Source: the human T2T-CHM13v2.0 reference genome, Homo sapiens
Reading direction: 5' to 3' (one strand)
NCBI RefSeq assembly: GCF_009914755.1
Contig: NC_060942.1
Length of the DNA stretch: 64,000 nt
Below are positions 44,047 through 57,837 of the stretch, piece by piece (position 1 is the first letter of the stretch; each line of letters opens with the position of its first letter). The notes beneath the pieces were generated by a model. It was not told the origin of the DNA and did no database searches. It saw nothing but the letters and a program-made list of their open reading frames with translations. The position numbers and the translations under genes were made by a program.

Positions 44047-44865
44047 TGAAATGGGAAAGGTTCCCTTGTCCCCCTTGAAAGGCGTGCGGCAGGGGGAATG
44101 ACTCACTTCTTCAGTGCCCTGCTGCGGCTGCTTACCCCTCTAGGGGAGCATACAGATGGGCAGGGTGTGGGGTTCCGACCCCACGGCAGCACCTAGGGGT
44201 GAATGTTTACAGCTCCTGAAGCCCCAGTGGGCGTATGCTGCTGTGTGCTTTTTTAGTTTTGCCATCTACAGATGGCTTGTGTTAACCAGCTCAATTAGAC
44301 CCTCTACCTGTTGCAAGGGCAGAGGGCTTTCTGTATCTCGGGTTCTTGCCTTGGTGTACCGGAAGAATCAGAGCACGCCTGGGCTTGGAGAATGAGTGCA
44401 AGGTTTTATTGAGTGGAAGTAGCTCTCTGCAGATGGGGAAAGCCAGAAGGGGATGGAGTGGGAAGACTTTCCCCAGGATTTGGGTGATTCAGTGGTCTGG
44501 GCTGTCTTTTGACCGCCCCTGCCAAACTCCACATCGTTCCGCTGGTCGATGGCCTGCCAGTGTCACAGTGCCTATCAGTGTGCTCTCGAGGTCTTCTTGA
44601 CGTCCAGCCGCTTGTGTGTTCCTCTGTCGATGTGTTTCTCTGGATGTCCAGCCGCTTGTGTCTGCCTGCTAGGGCCTCAGGGTTTTTATAGGCACAGGAC
44701 GGTGACGTGGCAGGCCAGGGTGGTCTTGGGAAATGCAATATTTGGGCACCAAGGTAGGAGTGCCTGTCCTCACCTAGGTCCATGGGCACAGGCCTGAAGG
44801 TGAAGCCCTAGCCAGGGACCACGCCCTTCCCTTCCCAGCACCTCCCTGCCCCTACTTCGGTAGCA
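44047..44865 (-). mobile_element. ERV1 solo LTR (LTR1/MER52-related, HUERS-P group), complete
   Basis: TG...CA termini, perfect 4-bp TSD CAGT (44043-46, 44866-69), minus-strand TATAAAA at ~44684-44690 and AATAAA at 44405-44410, GC/CpG-rich. Confidence 0.88.
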
Positions 44866-46525
44866 CAGTGATGCAAGGTATTAGTAAAAAAGAAATGCAA
44901 ACTGGCAGACTAACAGAACAGAGGCTGGGTTTTCTTTTAGTAAAACAGTTTTGTTTGAATATGCTTTACTTGGGATTTTTAAATTTGTTATTCACTGTAC
45001 TATTATTAATACTTCATTCCTAACCACCATTACCCTTTACATTGACTGGCTTTGTTTGTCTAAACACTGGAAGCATTTGTACTTACAAACTATGGATTGA
45101 GACTAACAGGCAGGCAGATATGGTGTCAAATAATCTACAAAAGTGTACAGCAAAGTAGAATAGACTTTCCCTTCTGGTGTCCATCTTCTGCCATTATGTT
45201 AAGAATTGTAGGTGAGATTTTTGATAAATCTTAAGCATTTAAGGAAGAATAAATGTACATATTTTACAAGTAACATAACTCATTATCATGACTCCTGAGG
45301 CACTGGTGCAAAAGAAAAAGAGAAGAACAAAACCTTACAGTTATCAATTCTTAAGACCAAAGTTTAATTAAGAAAGAGGAAACATATCATGTGGAGAAAC
45401 TCAAGGACAAAAGAGTTCCTATGATCCAGAATGACTTTTAAGGGGGTGTGTTTTCGGTTGCTTTGCATTCTTGCTGTTTTATTTTCAGTAGTGGTTGGGT
45501 TGGGGGCATATTATAGTATTTTGGATGGATGAGTTTTGCAAAGTGCCAGGCAATAAAACATCTGTTATAAAACATGTGTAATAGCTTTGGGGTATGGACC
45601 GAAACCAGTCAGTATTATTTTGAAGTGAGAGAATGAATGGCCAAATAAATAAGCACAACCTGCTATTTATTATTATGATGATGATTATTGTTATTTTAAA
45701 GGATCATTTAATCCAAATAATTTAGTTTTCCTATAAATTGCACATTTTACAAATATACTACCATAATGATATTTAACATATTCTTATAATATTCTATGTG
45801 ACAGAAAAAGTCTGTACATTATACTCTAATCCTCTTTGTATTTCACTGGTTGGACATATTCTTGGAAATAGTGTAAAGATTATCATAAATTTATTTTTGA
45901 TTTAAAACATTTTGTTTAAAAAATAGCCATTGAACATAGACTGTAGATAGCAAATTGAGCTAAGCACTTTAGTAAAATTAAAAAATATATATATTATCAA
46001 CATCTCCAAAAGTTTAAATTATATTGAACAAAAACCATGGTTAAATAAAAGTGAAGGGGTTCAAAAGACTTTCAGATTTAAGAAAAGCTTACTTAGGTAA
46101 AGGGGAACAAGTATAGCATATGAAACACTAGGAATATATAATAAATATGAAGAAAGCAGAAGCTAGCATACTATGAGCATAGCGCATAGCAAAAACACGG
46201 TGTCCTTTGAGCTAAGCTATGTTATGCAGCACTGAGGTAAATATATACGACTTACGAAAATGTATTTCTTACTCTGCCAATGTGCACCAAGGAACTAGGT
46301 AACTCTCAAAGGCAGATGTCTTCTATATGGTGGGCTCTCATTCTAGATTATTTCAATCTTGTAGTATCTTCATATCAACATGTCTTTCCAGATTAAGGGA
46401 AAAATAAGCATAGATAATGTCAAACTACCTCTGAAATACTTTTTATCCAGGAATGATACACATCACTTACATTAATATTCGTTGACCAAAGCGAATCACA
46501 TGATTATTACTGAAGTGAAGGAGGG

Positions 46526-46874
<349 letters not shown>

Positions 46875-47199
46875 CTAATGACTAGTCATGTTTACCACAT
46901 CACTGGATTAAGGATCAGTAAATTTTATTCTAACATTATCCAATGCACTAGTTCAAAATCAATATTCAATTACATAATGTTTTCATGATGTGATTGATTA
47001 TCATTTATGTAAATTATGACATGCATAATACATTTATACATATACATAATATGTGTGTCTTTTCAATGATAATCAATTACATAATGTCTAAGCAATTTAT
47101 ACACATCGCCTCAATTAACACTAAATATAGCATCAGCTTTGCTTGTTAACAACGTACTAAAATACAAATGCAGTAAAACTTCTTCAAATGAACCCAAAA

Positions 47200-49330
47200 G
47201 GTTCTGGAAAAGAATGTTTTTATAGCTATCATTTTAACTGTGTTCCTGAAACCACTTCAAAATAAAAGAAATCAATTATTGGAGACCAAAACAGAAAATG
47301 ATTACTTGCTACTAGAGGGCAGCAAGTGCTGGTGAACTCACTGGGGCAATTGTCAACCAAAAAATTATACTAGTTTTTCAGAATATATCTAGAACATTTC
47401 ACTCAATTTGAAAATAATCTTTTTAAAGCATGTTCCTAGATAAGGCCATAGAGAAAGTATCAAGAATCCCACCCGAATCCCAAAAAAATGCAATGACAAA
47501 ATTTAAAACTATCATTCATTTGGATATTTAAAAGCATATTTCTAACTTATTCAATAAAATATGACATGAAAACTCTTATGGCCTAAAAATGAGAGTTTTA
47601 ACAGGACATGAATAATAAACAAAATCATATATATTTTAAAAACAGAAAAATCAGAACTACAAAAAAGGTAATAGTCATTGTAATTATTAAATAAAGATAT
47701 GTACATACAGTGTATGTAATATGAGGGCAAGACACTATTAAAAATGACAAAGTTGACTTGAAACAGAATCAATTGCAGCTTTTATTTAGAATTTATCATT
47801 GAAATTAGAAACTAATGGTTTCTAATGGTTAAATACATTAGACATAGCTAAAGAGGCAATTGGGAAATTGGATGATACATCTGAAGGAATTGTCAGCAGT
47901 ATGCTAGTAATACTTCCCTTCCAAAAAATTAGCTCGGATTTGTAACACGTGACAAACTTAAATATTCTGGCCATAACCATTTTCAAATTAATGATTGTTT
48001 AAAAAGTGGCTCACAAAATTTCTGAATATTTAAAAATTGGCTCTTGAAAGTTGTTATAGATCAATTACAGTATGTCTGAATACAGTATAGAGAATCAATA
48101 AAAATGATATAAAAGTGAAGAGGAAGGACAAAGTGATAAAGTCTAAAATGTATTTAATAAAGTTTACAGGAGAAAGATGTGAAGATACGATTTTCGAAGA
48201 GAATATAAATAAGGGTTCTTCATAGTTAATAAAGGATGCATGGTTTTAAATTCAAGAAGGTAAATGAATCCCAAGCAGAATCAATTTTTAAAAAATTGGT
48301 GAACCTACAGAATCTAAAAGGCAAATAAAATATCCTAGAACCAGCCGGAGATTACCTACAAAATAGTATTAATTATATTTACAGCTAATTTCTCAAAAAC
48401 AACACAGCAAGCCAGATGATAGTGAATAATGCTTATAAGAGAATGACCAGATATGGGACCATCCCCACTCACATGAATCAATGCAGAGATTGTGCTGTGG
48501 AGCCCTGTAACCTATCCCTGCCCTTTTTTATTACGCGAACAACAATAGAAAGTGGGAGCTCTCTCCTTTCATCTAAAGAGTGAGGGCAAATTATGGAGAG
48601 GAGAGATGTAGAAAAGGGAATTTCTTAAATCTGTGAATCAAGTCCTAGGCAAAGTCTTAAGTAATATATATGCAAAACTGACCATAAGCAGCGTGATGAA
48701 TGCTTTGAGAAATGCACTACAAAGTGGACTATGACCAAAGATTCAGCTTGGTCTCAGTGCAGTACACAAGTGAGACAAACTAGAATAATTTTTCAAGAAA
48801 TTCTCAAAAATAATAAAATAAAGATAATTACATGCTTTGATATTTTAAGACACTTCTAATATGATACTTATATGATAAGGTATATAGTCATTGCACTTTA
48901 TATAATAAAAAGAATAAAAATTTTTTTATTTTGAATATTAATATGGTTAGGATATAACTTAAACATGTAAAATAGAACAGCAGAATATGTCCTAAGAATG
49001 CAGAACAAAAGCAGATGAAAATTAAAAGTAGATAAATGAAATGAAAAACAATTAATAGCAAAAATGAACAAAGCCAAAAGTTTGTTATTAAAATATGTAA
49101 TAAAATTTAAAGATTTTATTGACAATATTGATTCAGAAAATCGTGAGAGGGAATGAATAAACAACTTTGAGACTGAACAAAGTCTATAATTAATATACAT
49201 AGATATTAAACAGATAATAAGAGAAGAAAACATTTATGTCAACAAATTTGATTAGGTAAAGTTGACATTCTTAAATAAAATAATAAAAACTCTTTACAAA
49301 TAAATGAAAAATTGAAAGAAAAAAACACTG
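47200..49330 (+). mobile_element. Old L1M fragments (ORF1/ORF2), A-rich
   Basis: ATTAGACATAGCTAAAGAG...GAAATTGGATGATACATCTGAAG; TGAATCCCAAGCAG; AAAATGAACAAAGCCAAAAGTTTG; boundaries approximate. Confidence 0.65.
47893..48075 (-). mobile_element. MER63-like (hAT-Blackjack) fragment inside L1
   Basis: TTTAAAAAGTGGCTCACAAAATTTCTGAATATTTAAAAATTGGCTCT resembles the MER63 terminal region. Confidence 0.6.
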
Positions 49331-52137
49331 ATGGACTATCATGAAACACAACTGTAATAATTTGTGTATCAAAATAAATACATAGCAATCAGTTAAAATG
49401 TGTTGAATAATTTTAAAAATGAATCTATCAGTCTATAGCAATACATAAAAATAATGAAAGATTTTTCTTACAGGGGACTATGAATGAATATAGATGAAAA
49501 ATGGAGCTGAAGTTTGCCCTTATGTGTTTTCTGCCCTCTGTTTAATACATATTGCAGCTCTGTTTCTCCGTGGCCTTTGTCATTTCCTTATCCATCTCAT
49601 CCCCACACTCACATATACACATAGAGACACATTGAATTTATTCTCTCTTATTCCAGTTTCTCAATGCATGAGTGATTTCCTAAATCATCACTGTCTGAAT
49701 TTCCAAAGATGAGGTCCCAATTTCTGTTAATCTTAGGAAACTCATTCATCAGGATGATTTCAATATCATGTCATCTTTCCTGCTCCTTAATTAAAATGTA
49801 GTGCCCTATGGTTATTTGTAAGTTTCAAAGTTGCGGTTCACTTATGTTGCTGTGAACACCATTTTAGCTCATCATAAGGTATTTTAGGCTGATAACTGCT
49901 CTACCAGTTATGTACTCCAGGACAATAATTTGTCTGAGCTTGAAAGGAAGCTGACTGGATCCCTTAGAAAGCTCAGCTGGCCCATATTGATTTCACTTGC
50001 CAGAGAGCCTTGCTCCCAACTCTGTCCTGTGTTCCTACACTGTGGACAGGTTTAGCAACAGACCAGTCTTTTTCTGGTCATCACTGTTACTCTAGGCAAA
50101 ATGTTACCTTTTGGCAATAAATCTCACATATTCCAGGAAATATTTTTCCGTGCTAAATATCCCAAATTCTTAATTATTTTATCCATTACATGTAAGATGT
50201 AACTTCCAGACTCTGGATCATCCTAGTTATCTTTTTCATATTTGCTCCAAGAAGTAGACAGAAAGTAAATAGTGGGACAAGCATCCTCTAATTCCACTTG
50301 TTTATGACTTGTCACTTCCATTAATATGTAAAATATATGAAGACAGGCACCCATATTAGGCACATGTGAATGAATATTGTCTGTTATTAGTGTTGTTCCT
50401 GAGACATTTTTTTTAGGCTAATTACCTGAATTCTTTCCCAAACTCTTTTAATTATGAAATTAAATTTATTTTGTGTCTCCAACTCTCAAATACCTAACAA
50501 TTAGTGATTTCTTAAATTAATCTCTATCAGAGTTTTTGAAAGAATGGGTATGTAATATTCACGTACTATGGTCTTAATCTGAATTCCAAGACTCCAAGTG
50601 TTTCTTAGACAATGCAGCCTAGACTGGGACAATGACTTGCATATACAGTGTGTGAAATGAAGCCTAAATTTTTCAGCTGGCTTATTGTTCCACAAAAATG
50701 TCAGCAACATGAAGGAAATCTTAGAATATTGTGCTATTAATGCCCATCTTTTTTTCTAAATAGATATTCCTGGTCAACTAACTGTGTTAATATGTCATGA
50801 TCACTACATGATCAGTACCTTTTTTATGTTTGCCTTTTTAATGTGTTTGCTGGAGCCGGAGTTAAAGATATAAACTCTCTTGTCAACAAAACTTTCTGTG
50901 GTAACTTTTCTGCATAATATATTTTTTAGTTTACAACCTCTGTAGGTGCTAGTTATATCAATTACTTGAACTCTTCCCCCGCTCCCCTCCATTCTTCAGT
51001 ACTACAAATATTGTCTACATCCTCATGGATCCATTGAAACCACACAGTACTTATGATTTTTTGAGGGCAAGGACAACTTATATCTCCTGAATCTAACACA
51101 GTGGCTATCTCAACACAACAGCTGTGTTAGTAGTAAAGGAACTGCAAGGGAAGAAGAGTAAAGAGAGGAGGGAAGAAAAGGAAAGGGGAAAATAATGGAG
51201 AAAATATTGACTAGCAGAGAAGGATCTGAATGCACGTTTTATTCATTAGACCGAGGCATTCTCTATAGACCCGTAGGTCCAATTTTATAGCTTTTCTTTA
51301 TGATCATCACACTTCATGACAAAAACAATTGAGTGATATCTCTCCTAATTCTCACTGTGGCAGAGCTTCCTTATTTTAGGGAGAGAAACGGTTTACAAGC
51401 CTTTGCTATTCATTATACTGGAGAGACATTACAAAGGCGAAATGTAGAGAAAATGGGTTTGGGCTGGAACTCTCTCTTCTCTGGCTGCCAGCAGTGAAGA
51501 AGGAAAACAGTATTGTAAATGTGATTTTATTGTCCTGTGACTATTAAGTGGGTAGCACATTTGGTCCTAGCACTTACCCAGATTGTTAGTAAATGAAAAA
51601 GAGAATCATTCAAGATTGGGAGGAAATCCAATCGGTCTTATCATTATGAAAGCACATTACTTTTGTGCTATGATTCCATCAGGTTCTAAATATTGATTTT
51701 GCTAGAATGCAATCAAATAAGTAGTTAAAAAAAAACAGGGTTTGGTTTTCATATTTATGGAATAAAGTCTTATACTGAAAAATGTACACATTGTCTAATG
51801 TGCATTTTTTGTGTATTCTTCCTTTATGATTCCACAGACCTTTATGTTTCCATAATCACTCTTCTATGTTTCCACAGAAGAGGAAGAGGCATTCAATATG
51901 TCATATACAAACATGGAGTTTCCCAAAGAGACCTTGAGATTTGAGATCAATCTCAAAGTTTGTGTGATGCCATTTCCTATGCAATATGCATTTCATTACC
52001 TTCACTTTCAAATTTTTGTTTCTTACTTTCAATAAACCTATGTAAAAATCACCTCTTCCAGCAAGCCTTCTGAAAGAGTATCCTATGCAAGTGTGCTCAC
52101 TGACCTTCATTATAGATGCTTTTAAGAAGGGATTGTA

Positions 52138-52461
<324 letters not shown>

Positions 52462-52695
52462 TTATGTCTAACTTATACACTTGTTCAGGAGAGATGTCTG
52501 TTCTGCATCCACATTACTCAGAACAGGGCCACATATGTAGTAGATTTTCAAATCTCTTTAGGAGTTTGTCTTGGGAAAAGGATTTATGATTCCTGGAGAG
52601 GGGACTATATGATGATCAGGTGTTGGTGATCCAGAGAAAGTTGAGCTCCAAGTTCTGAAATCATTTCTCAAAGTCACCTTCAGAAATTTGTATCA

Positions 52696-52780
52696 GTGTG
52701 TGTGTATGTATGTATGTGTATGTGTTTGTGCATGTGTGTGTATGTGTGCGTGTGTATGTGAGTGTGAGAGAGAGAGAGAA
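52696..52780 (+). repeat. Imperfect (TG/TATG)n(AG)n microsatellite
   Basis: Direct read. Confidence 0.85.
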
Positions 52781-53637
52781 AAAGAGAGTTGCCTTTTTTG
52801 TTAATTAAGTTTAATGGGCTATGCCTGAAGTAGTTCAATGGGTCTCAGTGAGTGAGGCTTAATGTAATACTTATCATAATTTTTTTTTGTGAAGCATAAA
52901 GTCCTATAAAGAGGTAAGATAGAATAGAGACACGAATGATAGTAGTCACAAGAAGAAAAAAATTATTAAAAAGGGAAATAAGAAAGAACCTGAGAAGACA
53001 CGTTTAAAATGATCAGTGAAAAAAATCTAGAAAATAGCAAAAGTGACTATTACATTTATAGACAAATAGCTTTTAAATTTTTTGAAACGGAACACATAAA
53101 AATTTAAAGAATTGAATGTAAAATGCCATGTATCATTTCTACACAAGAAGCCAAATTATATTGAGTCCCTTTCAAATCATTGTACGCAGCGGAATGTGCA
53201 GCACAAAGCACAATCTGTTCTTCAGTGAATTATTAGAAACTCCTTAATAGAATCTCATTCAAAATGGGCTAAATCTGTTTCAACAACTTTAATCCTGAGA
53301 CCAGGGCAAGATTCATGCGCATAGGTGATCTGGCTTCCTTATTCCTCATGGAATGAGTCTATAAATTCTCTATCAAAAACTAACCAATATTATCATAGCA
53401 AAAGAGGTTTCTAAAGTTCAAAGTTCAAAACACTTTTCTGAAGTTTTCTGTATTCTGGAATATAATAATTAGTAAAATAAGAATTTATATTATAGTTCCA
53501 TTTCTATGGACGCCTATCCAGTTCAAAGTAGGGAATGTAAACACAAGCGCTCTTGTGTTTATGTAGTTCACATACAATGACTAAGATAAAGTTATATAGT
53601 AATCACTCCGAGTAGCTTTCATAAAATGTAAAACATT

Positions 53638-53752
53638 GGCTGGGCATGGTAGCTCATGCCCGTCATCCCAGCACTTTGGGAGGCTGAAGCAGGAGAATCA
53701 CTTGAGCCAAGGAGTTCACGACCCTGTCTTGATAAGAAAAAAAAAAAAAAAA
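53638..53752 (+). mobile_element. FLAM/Alu monomer with internal deletion
   Basis: Left-arm sequence jumps from GGAGTTCACGACC to CTGTCT, then poly-A. Confidence 0.85.
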
Positions 53753-54825
53753 GATTTAAAGCATTGATAGAGTGATACAGAAAGTAATAGTAAATCCCTA
53801 AATCCCTTCTGCATAGACGTAGGTCACCCTTCCCTCTGCTTAACAACATTATTGTATATAAATGTGTAACATACATATACTACATAAGTAATTATAGATT
53901 TATATATAATATGGAAAGATTTTAAAAACTGAGATGTATAGTTTACATAATGTACAATTATATATTATATATAATAGTATATACCCATAAAAAGTATACA
54001 TAGATGCATTTTGTCATGATGAATATGGATGAACCTATATTATTTGTATTCGGTAAACTCTATAATGTTCAAATAACTGCAATTATTTTTTTCTTGTAAT
54101 AAATACACTGTCAATAATAAAATATATTATCAATATCAAAATTATTTTTATTGTCATGATAAAATTTTAGACTAAAAGAGTTCTTGCATATATTCTTACA
54201 TGTATTGTTAGTTTATATATACATGTGTATATGTGTCTGTGTGTGTGTATCTATAGAGTAGACCCAACTGCACTCAAGATTTTGTAACAAGAGTAAGCAT
54301 TTTAGATTAACACATTCCTCCAAGAGAAAATAGTTCTGGTCCGAGCACTGTTAGTGTCCGTGGTTGATTAGAATCAAATGCTCTTTCTACAAAAATGTTC
54401 TAATTAGGGGGCAGTATATGACTGGTATCAATCTCTTGTTCATAGAACAGTATGTTTCTTGACTTCCTGGCAATCAAATTCTCCTATTTTTTTTTTTTTT
54501 TGCTACATTTCTGCCAATATATTCTTTGGTATTCATCATCTTCTAATGAAACTTTAAACACTGAATTTTTAAACACCAGAATCTATGTATCTTTGTCTTA
54601 TTCCTTACTCTCTCCTCAGGTGCTTTCGGCCACAGCCTCAATGGCCACATGTATGCCAAGCCTCTCCGATACTTTGCACCAGCCTAGATTACTCCACACA
54701 GTTTAAAACCTGTGTATTGCCAAATGTCTGCGTAATATCTTTACTAATTTTGAACCTGGGTTGCTCTAGTTATACAAGTTAAAATCATAGGAATGAGTCT
54801 TGGCATTTTCTTTTCCTTCATATCG

Positions 54826-55185
54826 TGCAATGGACTTAATGTTATGTCCCTTTCAAATTCATAAGTTGAAACCTAACCCCAAATGTGATGGGATTGAAAA
54901 GAGGGGCTTCTGACAGATGATTAGGTCATGAGAATAGAAATCTTCTAATCGGGGTTGGTATCCTTATAAAAGAGACCCCAGAGAGCCAACTTGCCCCTTT
55001 CACCGTGTGAGAACACAGTAAGAAAGTGCCATCTATGGACAAGAAATCAGGCCTTTTCCAGAAACTGAATCTGTGGGCGTCTTATCTTGGACTTCCCAAG
55101 TTCCAAAACTGTGAGAAATAATTTTTGTTGTTATAAGCTATCTGGTTTATGGCATTTTGTCTTAGAGGCCCAAATAGACTAATAG
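54826..55185 (+). mobile_element. MLT1A-like MaLR LTR
   Basis: AAATTCATAAGTTGAAACCTAACCCC...GATTAGGTCATGAG...CCTTATAAAAGAGACCCCAGAGAG...AATAGACTAATA. Confidence 0.88.
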
Positions 55186-55306
55186 ATGTGCCATATTTCG
55201 TTTATTCCAATTCATGTCACTTTATTACCTAAAACATTTATATAAATACCCACATCTTTTCATCTCTACTGCTGCACTGGGTTAAATTAGTATGTCTCCT
55301 AATAAC

Positions 55307-57837
55307 CAGTTTGGACCATAATCCCAAAAGACACAATCCTGAATGCCATAATCCCTGATGTTGAAATTCCAAAAGAGTGAAATCTCAAAAATATAATTCT
55401 GGAAAAATATTTTTAATTATTTAAAAAATATTTACTTACATTTTTTAAGAGAAGATTTATTTGAGAAAAATATAAAACATGGCAGAACACTTCATAGGCC
55501 ACTTTACACGATAAAATAAGCAATGATAACATAAATATTTTTGTATGCATTAACATTCAGTTATACTAACAGCAGTCTCACAGGTATAACAGTTATGAGC
55601 AGATGAACTGTGTTAATAAAGAAATCAAAAATGAAATGTCTAAACACATATCACTATGGTTGGTAATTATGTACACCAGTTTTGTAACTGCAGTCATCCA
55701 AAATATCAAGATGAACAACCTGTTTTTTGACAAGATTGATCAAAAACCATGTTGGGTCACCACCATATTTTCAGTCACTCTACAAGATGAGATCTTGAGA
55801 AATTTTGTCTTTCACAAACGCAGATGTACATAAAGAACATCTCTCCACTTATTGAGAGGGTTTAAACACGTTTACGTACTTGAACAATGCTTATACACAA
55901 AGACAATTTTGTGACAATGCACTTTCATGGAGACAAATTTGCAAAATATATATAAAATAAATTTGAACTCTTTGAAAGTCCTTATACATTTTATATCTCC
56001 AGTATTGGAAATGATGTGAAGGTAAAATACATAACATAGCCAACTGTAAAAAATAACACTGACAATTTAAAATAGTAGGGAAAAACACAAAAAAAGTAAA
56101 CCCTAAAAATTAAAAACAAAATAGTCATATATGAAAATGTATTGTAGGACAGATTATGGGCAATTGTGAAGAGGTAGTCCATAAGAGCTGACCAAACTTC
56201 ACCTTCATTAACTATATTTTGTAGTCTTGCATTGTGATAACTAGCTGCTTTTTTCTTCTTGTAGGGCATGACTTTCATCAGAAAATATATTCACATTCAT
56301 TTTCTAGTTGACACTGCTCTTTTTGGAATTCTTCTATGGTTTGATATACACTGATATGAGCATTCCTTATCAAATTTTCCCATCTTCTATGCCATGGCTC
56401 GATGTTGCCTTGGCTATGCAGAAATCCACTCCATATTCACTCGTATACAGAGCACATATCTGGCAGAAACAATACTGGGAATCTAAGAGCAACTATCTAA
56501 CATCATTTTTTAACTATCTTCTTATAGTATTGTGCACAAAATTATTTTTGAATCAGTCAGCAACTTCTCTGGCTTCTTTGGGCAGATATTCCCCACCTCA
56601 TCCAGCCAAACTTCAGCTTTCAAGGTTACAACAATTGGGATTTTAAGCATTTGGGATTGTAATTTTCAGGACTTTAGACTTTAGGGATATTGATCATTGA
56701 GGATTTCAACATTCATTATCGGGGAACCTGCCCCGATAGTCACGTAGGTTCTTTTCTATTTTCCTTAAGCATTGGCCAGTTTGAGAAATAAAGGGACAGA
56801 GTACAAAAGAGAGAAATTTTAAAGCTGCGCGTCCGGGGGAGACATCACATATCAGTAGGTTCCATGATGCCCCACAAGCTGCAAAACCAGCAAGTTTTTA
56901 TTAGGGACTTTCAAAAGGGGAAGGAGTGTATGAATAGGGTGTGGGTCACAAAGATCACGTACTTCAGAAGGTAATATAATATCACAAGGCAAATGGAGGC
57001 AGGGTGAGATCACAGGACCACAGGACCGGGGTGAAATTAAAATTGCTAATGAAGTTTCGGGCACCATTGTAATTGATAACATCTTATCAGGAGACAGGGT
57101 TTGAGAGCAACCGTTCTGGCCAAAATTTATTAGGCTGGAATTTCCTCATCCTAATAAGCCTGGGAGTGCTATGGGAGACTGGGGTTTATTTCATCCCTAC
57201 AGTTTCAACCATAGAAGATGGCCACACCCAAGGGGGCCATTTATAGACCCACCCTCAGGGGTGCATTCTGTTTCTCATAGATGTTCCTTGCTGAGAAAAA
57301 GAATTCAGTGATATTTCTCCCATTTGCTTTTGAAAGAAGAGAAATATGGCTCTGTTCCTCCTGGCTCACCAGCCGTCAGAGTTTAAGGTTATCTCTCTTA
57401 TTCCCTGAACAATTGCTGTTATCCTGTTCTTTTTTCAAGGTGCCCAGATTGCATATTGTTCAAACATACATGCTCTACAATTTGTGCAGTTAACATAATT
57501 ATCACAGGGTCCTGAGGTGACATACATCCTCCTCAGATGACAGGATTAAGAGATTAAAGTAAAGACAGGCATAGGAAATCACAAGGGTATTGATTGGGGA
57601 AGTGATAAGTGTCCATGCAATCTTCACAATTTATGTTTAGAGATTGCAGTAAAGACAGGCATAAGAAATTATAAAAGTATTAATTTGGGGAACTAATAAA
57701 AGTCCATGCAATCTTCACAATCCACGTTCTTCTGCCATGGTTTCAGCCGGTCCCTCCGTTTGGGATCCCTGACTTCCTGCAACAATTCATGACTATGGTG
57801 CCTTGGATTGTGTCTTTCAGGATTGTGATCAGCACCA
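55307..57837 (-). mobile_element. Ricksha (MULE/MuDR) DNA transposon with transposase C-terminal remnant
   Basis: Left TIR GTTTGGACCATAATCCCAAAAGACACAATCC, right GGATTGTGTCTTTCAGGATTGTGATC; 9-bp TSD CCTAATAAC/CCTAATATC; minus strand reads NIEPWHRRWENLIRNAHISVYQTIEEFQKEQ and RLQNIVN...DYLFTIAHNLS. Confidence 0.88.
56717..57784 (-). mobile_element. MER11 (ERVK/HML-8) solo LTR, complete
   Basis: Minus strand starts TGTTGCAGGAAGTCAGGGATCCC and ends GGTTCCCCGATA; perfect 6-bp TSD ATTCAT (56711-16, 57785-90); 1068 bp. Confidence 0.93.

Noticed and set aside
44156-44797. Several overlapping ORFs up to 127 aa
   Set aside because: They lie within a GC-rich LTR where stop codons are scarce.
57558-57721. 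~90-bp direct repeat (GTAAAGACAGGCATA...ATCTTCACAAT x2)
   Set aside because: As I recall, this is an intrinsic feature of the MER11 U3 region rather than a locus-specific event.
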